Shown here piece by piece: positions 37,669-49,278 of a stretch of DNA of 64,000 nt; the stretch's first letter is position 1; every line of letters starts with the position of its first letter. The translations under genes and the position numbers were made by a program. The DNA is taken from positions 12,710,001 to 12,774,000 of the forward strand of contig NC_043005.1 of assembly GCF_006345805.1 (NCBI RefSeq), read 5' to 3'. The notes beneath the pieces are model-generated. The model searched no databases, was not told the origin of the DNA, and saw only the letters and a program-made list of their open reading frames with translations. This stretch comes from Octopus sinensis (Eukaryota).

Positions 37669-38490
37669 GAAATAGAAATCCGTTGGAAAAAACAAAAACA
37701 GAACAGAGGCGGAGCAAAACAAATCGAACGAGGCTCCTAAGAGCCCATGGCCAAACTGTTTATCAATGTATGTTGAAAACGGGTGGTGGGTGCGTTGAAG
37801 ATTTTAACAGGTCAGGCAGCGGTCATTCCGGTGGGTGAGAGCACGGGGTGCTTAGATGTTCTTTGTGACCGAGACTAAAGTTCTGACTATTTAAAGAATA
37901 TTAGGTGTATATATAGAGATATATATATAATATATATATATAGATATATATAACATTTGTACATGTTGATTTCCACAAATTTAAGTAAAACATTCATATC
38001 ATCACTATCGCTGTTCTTGGACAGTCTGCAAAGAGCCTGTGCACTGCTCATTGCTGCAGATCCAACAAGGAAAAACAAAAAACTTACAACTTAATCTACA
38101 CTACGTAAACGTTGATGAATTCTCGAGAATAGTAGACTATGTGTGCACTTGATATATAATTGTTACAGTAATACCTAGAGAAGAGAAAAGAAGAAGGAAA
38201 AGAAAAGAAGAAGCAAGAAGAAGAAGAATAAGAAGAAGAAGAAGAAGAAGAGAAGAACAAGAGAGAAGAAAAGAAGAAGAAGAAGAATAGAAGAGAAGAA
38301 GAAGAAAGAAGAAGAAGAAGCGAAAAGAAGAAGAAGAAGAAGAAGAAGAAGAAGAAGAAGAAGAAGAATTCAAATCTAAGCAAAAACTGGAGCAACAGAA
38401 TACCATGATAACACGATGGCCAGAAGAACCTTGACATGGCAAATCCTGGGATAAGCTAAACAGAAAATATATAAACAAATAGAAATATAT

Positions 38491-38722
38491 ATGGCGGCGA
38501 GCTGGCAGAAACGTTAGCAGGCCAGGCGAAATGCTTAGTGGTATTTCGTCTGTCGCTACGTTATGAGTTCAAATTCCGCCGAGGTCGATTTTGCTTTCAT
38601 CTCTTTCGGGGTCGATTAAATAAGTACCAGTTTCGCACTGAGGTCGTTATAAACGAATTAATCCGTTTGTCTGTCGTTGTTTGTCCCCTCTATGTGTAGC
38701 CCCTTGTGGGAAATAAAGAAAT
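38491..38722 (+). mobile_element. SINE S2 (tail B) inside the decayed R4 copy
   Basis: Full head, core and tail. Confidence 0.88.
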
Positions 38723-38855
38723 AAGAAAATATATTAACAAAGTAAAATCCGAACAATGTTTGAGAAGGTAGGACTCTCAGCAGGGACTGAAGGATTTTAT
38801 TTGTAGCACAATATCAAAGCCTCCTCACCAGAAGCCACCAAAAACCACCAGAAAC

Positions 38856-39242
38856 TGGTGGAAGCACTCCGTCGGTTACGACGATGAGGGTTCCGGTTGA
38901 TCCGAATCAACGGAACAGCCTGCTCGTGAAATTAACGTGTAAGTGGCTGAGCACTCCACAGACACGTGCACCCTTAACGTAGTTCTCGGGGATATTCAGC
39001 GTGACACAGAGAGTGACAAGGCCGGCCCCTTGAAATACAGGTACAACAGAAACAGGAAGTAAGAGTGAGAGAAAGTTGTGGTGAAAGAGTACAGCAGGGA
39101 TCACCACCATCCCCTACCGGAGTCTCGTGGAGCTTTTAGGTGTTTTCGCTCAATAAAAACTCACAACGCCCGGTCTGGGAATCGAAACCGCGGTCCTATG
39201 ACCGCGATTCCGCTGCCCTAACCACTGGGCCATTGCGCCTCC
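38856..39242 (-). mobile_element. SINE S3 inside the decayed R4 copy
   Basis: Near-identical to 58913-59297; possible TSD CACCAGAAAC (38846-38855 and 39247-39256). Confidence 0.9.
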
Positions 39243-39536
39243 ACTTCACCAGAAACACATAATGTAGAAAAATACTTGTAACTGCAGAGTATGTGGTGAT
39301 GGTGAAGAAATAGTAGGTCATATTGTGTTTGGCGACCCAATCCTAGCCTAGAAGGAAAATATCCTTAGACATGACTGAGTTGGGACCTATATATATTGGA
39401 AGCATCTATGCAAACACTATGGAATGACAACAGAAAGGAGATGGTATAGACATACCTCACAAAAGGCCTCAGAAAATGACAAGGCAACCATATTCTGATA
39501 TATGCCAATACGCAGAGAAATATAGGTTAATAGACA

Positions 39537-39740
39537 CTTTATTTCAGTCATTTGACTGTGGCCATGCTGGAGCACCGCCTTTAGTGGAGGAAATCGACCC
39601 GAAGACTTATTCTTTGTAAGCCTAGTACTTATTCCATCGGTCTCTATTGCCGGATCGCTAAGTTACGGGGACATAAACACACCAGCATCGGTGGACAAGC
39701 GATGTTGGGGGACAAACACAGACACATAAACATGCACACC

Positions 39741-39776
<36 letters not shown>

Positions 39777-39948
39777 CATATACACGACGAGCTTCTTTCG
39801 GCTTCTCTCTACCAAATCCACTCACAAGGTTTGGGTCGGACCAAGGCTATAGTAGAAGACACTTGCCCAAGCTGGCACGCAGTGGGACTGAACGCGGAAC
39901 CATTCGGTTGGTAAGCAAGCTACTTGCCACACAGCCACTCCTGCGCCT
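39537..39948 (-). mobile_element. SINE S1 inside the decayed R4 copy
   Basis: Full-length reverse copy splitting the RLE domain. Confidence 0.9.
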
Positions 39949-40632
39949 GCTGGATATAGATGTCAGAGATCATCAGGAGAAAAAAGTGCCTTCTAATCGA
40001 TGTATCAATCCCAACACATGACGATCTATCTCTAGAAGAAACAGAAAATCTGTCATATTGCAAAGATCTGGAAATAGAGATAACTCGAATGTGGAGCCTA
40101 AAAACAAAAACAATCCCTATAATAATAGGTGCATTAAAAAAGATTAAAAATTATCCAGACAAATGCTTAAACAACACTCTAAGGCAGGCAGCTCACCCCC
40201 TTTAGACACCTCCTGCCTACAAGCGCCTATTCCGAGTACGTCTTTTCACACGAGCCGTCTTCGCCACGCTCGAGGCAGCACTTCCATGTCCATCCTCCGT
40301 TTCCTCCACTTCAATAACATCGACAAACATGAGAGGAAAGTTTACAAAAATGAAGATTAGTGATGCGTTAAGGATCGCAGTAAATACATCTGGTATCTAT
40401 TAATATGCATTACATCGTATTATCTCTACGAAATATGATTATTTAAATTAAACATAAGCACACCCACCCAACCACCCACACGTATATATATAATTTAGGG
40501 TATCTAAGAGATACCACCACGCTGGAAATAGCAGTCAAAACTTGAATCTAAAACCACATTAAATGTTCATAAAGCACCAGGAGAGTAGACAAAGACACAA
40601 AATAAACTAGCAAAAAAAAAAATTACTGGATA

Positions 40633-40691
40633 ATTCCAGATCCCGGATTTCTGACTCTACATAAGAAATGCTCTGCCTTCATCAGTGGAAT
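40633..40691 (-). ncRNA. Type I hammerhead ribozyme, imperfect stem II
   Basis: ATTCCA-CTGATGA-A GGC..GTC A-GAAA-TCCGGG-ATC-TGGAAT; 6-bp stem I. Confidence 0.7.
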
Positions 40692-40737
40692 ATACTCAGA
40701 ACGCACATAAATACAAATATATATATACATACATACG

Positions 40738-40787
<50 letters not shown>

Positions 40788-41415
40788 CACACACACACAT
40801 AGGAAATACTTACATATACGAACGTATACATACATATATATGCACGTATGCACACCGCCAGTTTAAATTGCCCGCCCAAAAATTATATATATATTTAATA
40901 ATATAATATATACACACACACACACACACACACAACACACACACATATGAGTAATAGCGAAGAAGTGAGTAATAGCAAAACAAAACGAAACGCACTTTGA
41001 TAAACCAAAAAGCTTTTTTTTTCAAAACAGTTCAACTATGTCCATTAATAAATCAAACAGCTGAATAGAAAACACAATCGACCAGGTCAGAATTTATAAG
41101 GAATTTTGCAATGTAATGATTTTAATGCGAGCTAAATACGGAAGTAATATAATCGAGTGTTTCAGAAATGGTCTCCTTTGAAAATATTAAATCCGAACGG
41201 AAAGGCTCGTCTCTTATTGCTAACGTCAAAAAAGGGGAAAAAAAAGGAAAAATGGAAAGAAAGAAAAGAAAAAGAAAAACAATCAGAATTAAAAGCGAGC
41301 TTTACACCAATGAATAATACATTGAAGTGTTACATTCCCTTTATAAATCAACAGAATATCTAACACACATGGGTATTATAAAACAGATGTATGAGATGTA
41401 GAACTACAAGGTAGA

Positions 41416-41528
<113 letters not shown>

Positions 41529-41641
41529 GATAGATAGACAAACAGACAGACAAACATACAGACAGATTGTTAGACAGACAGACGACAGACAGCAGCAGCC
41601 AGACAGACAGACAGACAGACAGAACAGACAGACAGACAGAC

Positions 41642-41692
<51 letters not shown>

Positions 41693-41694
<2 letters not shown>

Positions 41695-42078
41695 TGTTTC
41701 TTTATTAGCCACACAGGGCTGCACACGATAGAACAAATTACAAGGTAGAGCTTTTCTTTTGAAGGTATTAAAAAAAAAAAAAAAAAAAAAAAAAGGAAGG
41801 GGGAGGTTCGATCAAAAGGGATCGTAAAAGGAGAGAAGAGGACAAAAATAAGGGGGGTTAAAAAAAAAAAAAAGGGGGGGGGGAGAGGAAAAAAAATGAT
41901 CAATAGGGATCGTTATCACAGAAATGTCAATATGAAGTGTAAAGGGGAGGACAGGTGAGGTTTACCCGTGGAAAGAAAAGCCTGCCGAAAAGACCACGGT
42001 AACCTCGGTCAATGAAGTCACATTTTATATTTCTTTTTTTTTTTTTTTTTTTTTTTGCAAATAAGCAACTCTCAAGCA
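41693..42078 (-). mobile_element. Tx1 3' UTR-only copy
   Basis: Near-identical to 43204-43590; tail continues into (GATA/GACA)n at 41460-41692. Confidence 0.9.
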
Positions 42079-42131
42079 AATAGATAGATAGATACATAGA
42101 TAGATACATAGATAGATACATAGATAGATAG

Positions 42132-42906
42132 ATTTCTCTATTCGCCACGTTGGTGCATTCGAGTGGTCGACTCGGTACCTGTCAGACAGCTGAAAGCGTC
42201 TGAGCAGGTCTCTGAGGCATTTGCATTCCCGTCTATTCCTTTTTCTGCCCACGTAGTCTACACGTATGTCCAAGGTTGCACCCCCCCCCCTAATAGCAAA
42301 GGACGAGAGGTTCCTAGGAATAGTTCTAGACTCGAAAGAAATCCGCCCGACCTGTTAAAGGCGGTGCGTACAATGACATGAGTCGTAAAGTGCACCCATT
42401 GCTACCGTCGACATCTAGGATAGCCAGTCTACCCTCCGGGTCTACGAATATTGTCATTACTTTGAGATCCAGACTCTTGCGAAAAAGTACCGTGGTGCCA
42501 CTACCGCCCATTCTCGGCAGATAGGGAGAAAATAAATGTTAAACTGTCCGCCAAACATGGACTTTAGGGCTCGTGGATTATGGAGAGTGGTCTCACTTAT
42601 GGCTATGATTTCGAACTTGCGTGACATTTAAGAGGTACCCTTGTTTCCAAGGGAACCCCATCCACGCGCATTTCACACAACCAATCTTGATCATAATCCT
42701 AGTTAATTAAAAGCCAAACGAAAGGAACAGAGGGTTAGTTACTGCTCGAAAGTTTTTGCTTTCTCCTCCTTTGGTTTGTCGTCGAGGAGATCCCAATACA
42801 GTTTCTTTGTAAGATATTTTTTGGCATTTACCAACCGCACTGAGGAGAATGCCTTTTAGTGTGTGGTGCCGATTTTGTGAGATGTGTAGTATTTGAATGT
42901 GATCCG
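42132..42906 (-). mobile_element. Internal Tx1 fragment (ORF1 end and ORF2 start)
   Basis: Homologous to ~46490-47230 (RLAILDVDGSNGCTLRLMSLYAPPLTGRADFF); (GATA)n on both sides. Confidence 0.88.
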
Positions 42907-42969
<63 letters not shown>

Positions 42970-43010
42970 GGATGGATGGATGGATGGATGGATGGATGGA
43001 TGGATGGATG

Positions 43011-43049
<39 letters not shown>

Positions 43050-43091
43050 GGATGGATGGATGGATGGATGGATTGATGGATGGATGGAATG

Positions 43092-43130
<39 letters not shown>

Positions 43131-43165
43131 GGATGATGGATGGATAGAGGATGGATGGATAGATA

Positions 43166-43204
<39 letters not shown>

Positions 43205-43542
43205 TGTTTCTTTATTAGCCACACAGGGCTGCACACAGATAGAACAAATTACAAGGTAGAGCTTTTCTTTTGAAGGTATTAAAAAAAAAAAAAAAAAAAG
43301 GAAGGGGGAGTTCGATCAAAAGGGATCGTAAAAGGAGAGAAAGAGGACAAAAATAAGGGGGTTAAAAAAAAAAAAAAAAAAAAAAGGGGGGTGGGGGAGA
43401 GGAAAAAAAAAATGATCAATAGGATCGTTATCACAGAAATGTCAATATGAAGTGTAAAGGGGAGGACAGGTGAGGTTTACCCGTGGAAAGAAAAGCCTGC
43501 GGAAAAGACCACGGTAACCTCGGTCAATGAAGTCACATTTTA

Positions 43543-43577
<35 letters not shown>

Positions 43578-43611
43578 CAAATAAGCAACTCTCTGTTTTC
43601 GATTTCTGGGT

Positions 43612-46600
43612 TCATAGGACTATGCTCAAGGTGGCTTCGTCATTCATACGTGCCATTCTTGCTACATTCACCCATCTTTTTTTAAACATTCGCTAGACAA
43701 AACTTGCCTCTCTACTCTCACTTCCTTTTCAAGTGGTACTTGAAGAAGTTGATGAGAGATTGACCAGAGAGGAAAGTGTTTTGTCTCCAATCCTTTCAGA
43801 CGCGTCCACCAGATACATTCTTTCGCCATAGCCACAAGGATGATGAAAATAGCTCTTCCTTCCCGTTTGAAGGAAGGAGGCGTGACAATATTGACGATAG
43901 ACTCAGCTGATAAACCGACTCGTCCCACACGTGACAGCAGTTGTTCGACATAAGCCCACAGGTCGGAAATTGTTGGACACTGAACGAGTGCGTGCAGAAC
44001 GGTTTCGTCGCTCTGACCGCATCTCGGGCAGGTCGGCCCCGTGTTTCTCGAGCCGTGTCTGTAGAGCTTATCCCGAACGGTAGCGCTTCTCGGTAGCACT
44101 GCCAGGCCAGGGATCTCTGGAAGTTGTCCATGGGCCCTGGCCCGAAAGTCGTCCCGAACAGGCGGGTCAGGTACTCCTCGTCGACGTCCAGGTTCGCCCC
44201 GAGCTCGTCGTCGTACCCTCCTCCACTAAACCCCTATAGAATGCTTTGGTTGTGTTGAAGTCACTTAAGGTCGACCCAGGACGGCAGAGTTGCTTGAGAG
44301 CAACGCGACACTCGCGGTGCCATTCGCCCTTCCTCGGCCTCTTTTTGATCCACGACTGCAGTTCGGTCATGGAGACGAGCTGCGGGAAAGCGTGCCTCAC
44401 AAACGGCGACCACACCTGTTCACCGTCGTCTACATAGAGCCAGAGATGTCGCAGTCTCAGCGCGTGTCTGCGCATCATCAACCACGGCATGCCCAGCCCT
44501 CCTTTTAACGGGTGTTGACAGCAAATGGATCGCCTGACCATCGGGACGCATCCTTTCCACAAGAAGCGAAAGAGGATGCGTTGTAGTTTGGTGATGGTAG
44601 GGTCGGGACAAGGTACGACGGTCAGGCGGTAGTAGATGACGGACGCGATGTACGTGTTCGCCACCTCCGCTCGACCTTTTAGGGACAGTTTCCTCTCGGC
44701 CCATTGCCGGGCGAGAGTGACCACCCTACTCGTTATCTCGTTCCAGTTCTTCTCCACTTGGAGGTCCGGACCAAACCAGACCCCGAGCAACTCAACCGGG
44801 CCGTCGGTCCAGCGTCCCACGACGGAGGCGCTGGTGGACGGCATGGCTTGCTTCTCTTCTCCAGGTGCCTAGTCGCAAGCCCACTGACTTTTCCCGGTTG
44901 ATTTTCGCTCCTGTCACCGCTTCGTAGTTTTTCAGTGTCTCGCCGACCAGCTCGATGTGCTCGTGGCTAGACACTATGACGGTGACGTCGTCCGCGTATG
45001 CAGACACGCTCGTCCCGCATCCCAATTCTCGCGGGATGCCCCTTAGAGTCGCCAGCTTCCGCAGTAGTGGCTCAAGAGTCAATACGTATAGAAGCGCCGA
45101 GAGGGGGCATCCCTGACGGACCGAACGTGCAATGTCGAAAGGTCTCGATAGATGTCCATTTACGCGAATTACCGAACGGATGCCTCTGTACAAGGCAGCT
45201 ATCCAGCCGCGGAAGACGGGACCGAAACCAGCCGCTCTCAGGACTGCCTCCAAGTATCGATGGTCTACCCTATCAAAGGCTTTTGATTGATCCAAGTTGA
45301 TCAGGGCCCCACCCATGCCAGGTTCGTTAACTACCCTGTCTATGATGTAGCGCATCAGATGGAGGTTGTCATGGATGGTCCGGCCTGGCACGGCGCATGT
45401 TTGCGCCTTGTCGACCAGTTTCTCGATGACAAGCGCCAACCTCTTGGCTAGCACCTTGGCCAAAATTTTCAAGTCTGCATTAAGCAGAGTGATGGGCCTA
45501 AAGTTATCTATTACATTTCCCTTGTTTAGATCTTTCTTCAGCAGTGTTACGGCTCCTCGGCTCACAAAACCAGGAATGCTCCCGTTTTGCTGCCAGTTGC
45601 AGTACACCGCCGCCAAGAGATCTCCAAACAAGTCTGGCATACAATTGTAAAGCTCGTAGGGTAGACCATCCAAACCCGGTGATTTGTCCCTCGAGCATTC
45701 TGCCATCGCTTCCCGCACTTCCGCCGCCGTGATGGCACCTTCGCAGCACCCTGCCTTTCTTGTCGAGAGTCGTGGTAGGCTATGTAGGTAGGCACTGAAG
45801 TCCACCCTACGTTCTTGCCCTCCACTCGTTCCGAACAGTCGGGCAAAATGCTGCTGAAAGGCCTCACACATTTTACTTGGCTCGAGCAATTCGCGCCCCT
45901 GTTCATCTACCAGTGACCGAATGGTGGCTTTGTTGCCCTGTTGCGCCTCTGCCACCCGGGCCTCTCTCGCGGCTCCAACACCTTCGTTCCTTAGAGCACG
46001 CATCCTAGCTCTGACAGCACATCCTTCGTGTTTGGCGTTGAAGTGTTGGTCGAGGGCCAACCTCGCCGCCAAAACGTCGGATGCGATGCCGCTTCTAATT
46101 GCCTCTTCTAGCTTCTTAACTAGCTCACCCTCTACTCTATTTCTATCTATGGCTAGTGCTTTGCTGTACCTAATCGCTTCTGCTTTTACTGCTCTCTTGA
46201 GGGCAAACCACCATTTGTTGTTGTTGATGATGGCTCCCGTCAAAGCCCTCTTTACTAGTGTGCTAATCCGGTCTCTGAAAACTTGTCTCGATGGGAAAGA
46301 CGCGTTTAGTTTCCAGTATCCGGGACCCTGCCTAAGTGTCTTACCTAAGTCTAGCGTACATGTCACAAGTTTGTGATCCGTGTAGCTGACTATGTGGAAT
46401 TGTGGACATCCTATGCTATCTCTATCTACTGTCCTACACAGTATCCTATCTAGATACGATCTCGACGACCCGATGCGGTTGCTCCATGTCCACGTTGGCG
46501 CATTCGGGTGGTCTAGTCGAAACCTGTCAGACAGTTGAAAGCGTCTGAGCAGGTCTCTGAGGCATTTGCATCCCCGTCTATTCCTATCTCTACCCACGTA

Positions 46601-47051
46601 GTCTACATGCGTGTCCAAGGTAGCATTCCAATCCCCCACTAAGAGTAAAGGACGAGACGTTCCCAAGAAAACTTCTAGACGTTGAAAGAAATCCGCCCGA
46701 CCTGTTAAGGGCGGTGCGTAAACTGATACGAGTCGAAAAGCGCACCCATTGCTGCCGTCGACATCCAGGACGACCAGTCTACCCTCCGGGTCTACGAATA
46801 TTGTCCTTACATTGAGATCCAGACTCTTGTGAAAAAGTACCGCGGTGCCACTACCGCCCATTCTCGGCAGACAGGGGGAAAAATAAATGTTGAACTGTCC
46901 GCCAAACATGGTCTTTAGGGCCCGCGGATTGTGGAGTCTGGTCTCGCTTATGCTATGATTTCTAACTTATGTGACTTTATGTCATTTAAGAGGTACCCTT
47001 GTTTCCAAGGGGACCCAAGCCACGCGCATTTACACAACCAATCTTGATCAT
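43612..47051 (-). pseudogene. Tx1/L1 ORF2 (~1140 aa): AP endonuclease, RT, C-terminal Zn finger; a few frameshifts
   Basis: MIKIGCVNARGL start at 47051; VSVYAP, LVGDWNA, SYLDRIL, YTDHK (APE); DKSPGLDGL, NFRPITLLNAD, DQSKAFDRVDH, VRQGCPLS, AYADD (RT); CPRCGQSDETVLHALVQC. Confidence 0.92.
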
Positions 47052-47082
47052 AGTTCTAATGAATTAGAATACAGAGGGTTAC

Positions 47083-47982
47083 TTACTGCTCGAAAGTTTT
47101 TGCTTTCTCTCCTCCGTTGGTTTGTCCTCGAGAAGATCCCAGTACAGTTTCTTTGTGAGATATTTTTTGGCATTTACCAACCGCACTGGGGAAAATGCCT
47201 TTGAGTGTGTGGTGCAGACTTTTGGAGATGTGTATTATTTTGATGTGGTCTGGTGGTGTTGTGTATGGGTGGTTGTTTGTTTTTATGTCATCTTCTGTTA
47301 TGTTTGTTTTTGATTGGATGTATTCCATCAAATTTGTGTTTTGGTGTCTATGGCTGTGAGCATGTTTGCTGTATATGTTTTTGTGGTGTTGGTGTGGCTG
47401 TTGTTTGCGTGGGTTTTGAAATGTCTTCGGGAGATGTATTTCCCCTGCTTTGTTTCGTGTTTGCATTTGGTTTGGTTGTGTTTCTCTGCTCTTTATTTTC
47501 CTTCTTTTGTAGCTATTTGCCATTCCTCACTGGTTTCGTCTTCCGACGAAATTTCTGAGGAATCAGAAGGGGGTAGGGGTATGTTGTGGGCTTCTATGTA
47601 TGTCTGTGTAAGTGGTTGTGTTGTTGTTTTTTTCGTTGTTGTTGGTTGTTGAGTGTTTATGTGTGTTGATGCGGTATAAGGGATGGGGGATCAGTTTGTG
47701 TGTGTTTTCTTTGTTTTTTTGTTTTCTGTTCCTTTGGGTTTTGCTGTTGATGGTAGTGTTGGTATTTTTCCAGGTGTCGAGTGGTTTTTGGTTGATGACG
47801 GATTAGCTTGGTGTGCTTCTCTTGTCCTTCTGTGTTGATGGTGGTGGTGGGGTAGTAGAGCTTTTTTTCCGGAGTGCTTTGGTTGTGGTAGTGGTTTGTT
47901 GTTTTGCTCTTGGTGTGCAGTGGTTGGGCACGTCTTTTTCAAGTGTGTTTTCGCTTCCACACAAATAGCAGCGTGGTCGCCT
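47083..47982 (-). pseudogene. Tx1 ORF1 C-terminal remnant: CCHC zinc knuckle plus T/K/Q/P-rich linker
   Basis: The first bases read RPRCYLCGSE(fs)HLKKTCP = CX2CX4HX4C; C-terminal [25 protein letters not shown] is conserved in the copy at 42750-42870. Confidence 0.75.
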
Positions 47983-48067
47983 AGATAGATAGGTTGGTAG
48001 GTAGTTGTAGGTAGGTGGTATGTATGTATGTAGTAGTAGGTAGGTAGGTAGGTATTAGGTAGGTAAG

Positions 48068-48142
<75 letters not shown>

Positions 48143-48251
48143 GTTGGTAGGTAGGTTGGTAAGGGTTAGGTAAGGTATGTATGTGTAGAGTAGGTAGGTA
48201 GGTAGGTAGTAGGTAAGTAGGTAGGTAAGTAGATAGATAGATAGAATAGAT

Positions 48252-48310
<59 letters not shown>
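47983..48310. repeat. (GATA)n/(GGTA)n compound microsatellite
   Basis: Visible periodicity; 5' flank of the Tx1 element. Confidence 0.95.
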
Positions 48311-48319
<9 letters not shown>

Positions 48320-49006
48320 TAAATCTCTGGCAAGTTTATAATAAACAATAACGAAATCTGCAAATTGAAACAGTATAACTCACCAAAAATAAACATAGAA
48401 CAAAATCGTAGTTGGTTACACATCCAAAAGATAACAACGTGAAACAGATCGATGAAAAGCATCGCACTTGCAGCAAGAGATGATGATGATGATGATGAGG
48501 AGGAGGAGGAGGAGGAGGAGGAGGAGGAGATAGACTACGACGATGACGAGGAGAATGAGGAGGAGTAAGAGGAGGAGGAGTTGGAGGGGGATGACGACGA
48601 CGACGATGTGGTGGTGGTTATCATAATTATGATGATGAATATGATGCTGGTGATGCTGGTGATGATGATGACGGTGATCATGATGATGATGATGCTGCTG
48701 ATGATGATGATGATGATGATGATGATTTGAGAGAGGTAGTAATGGTGGGTGTAATTATTACGATGATGCTATGGAAATATTGATGATCACGACTGAAGGG
48801 ATGGTCATGACGGGATTGTTTGGAAAGCCAGTTATAATTGTAATGGGACTAATGGTGATGGCGGTGGCAAAGATGTTTTTGATGGTGTTAGGAAGGTAGT
48901 GATGCTGATGGTGATGGTGTTGTCGATGATGGTCGTAGTGTTGGTGGGAGGTAATTGGTGTTTTGTGTAAGGATACAAGAGGACAGAAGAAGAGAAAAGA
49001 AGAAAA

Positions 49007-49007
<1 letters not shown>

Positions 49008-49077
<70 letters not shown>

Positions 49078-49085
49078 GGTGGTGG

Positions 49086-49129
<44 letters not shown>

Positions 49130-49278
49130 AAGGGGGGTGAAGAAGAAGAAGAAGAAGAAGAAGAAGAAGAAGAAGAAGAAGAAGAAGAAGAAGAAGAAGA
49201 AGAAGAAGAAGAAGAAGAAGAAGAAGAAGAAGAAGAAGAAGAAGAAGAAGAAGAAGAAAAAAGAAGAAGAAGAAGAAG
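49008..49278. repeat. (GAT)n(GGT)n(GAT)n(GAA)n compound microsatellite
   Basis: Visible periodicity. Confidence 0.95.

Larger units (their letters stand above)
37990..40170 (+). mobile_element. Decayed R4 copy related to copy B, interrupted by three SINEs and an expanded (GAA)n
   Basis: Colinear pieces LQ..IAA..NKKL (~38030), EQQNTMITRWPEEP*HGK (~38390), KSEQCL..GTEGF (~38745), CRVCGDGEE (~39285), CLLIDVSIP..DLEIEITRMW (39960-40170). Confidence 0.85.
43204..47982 (-). mobile_element. Tx1/L1-clade LINE, 5'-truncated within ORF1, inserted in (GATA)n
   Basis: ORF1 remnant, ORF2 and ~400 nt 3' UTR ending AATAAAGAAAC then (TATC)n; (GATA)n arrays on both sides (42907-43203 and 47983-48310). Confidence 0.93.

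Noticed and set aside
37740-37890. Penelope GIY-YIG fragment (SQNFSLGHKEHL)
   Set aside because: Too short and too weak to call without a profile search.
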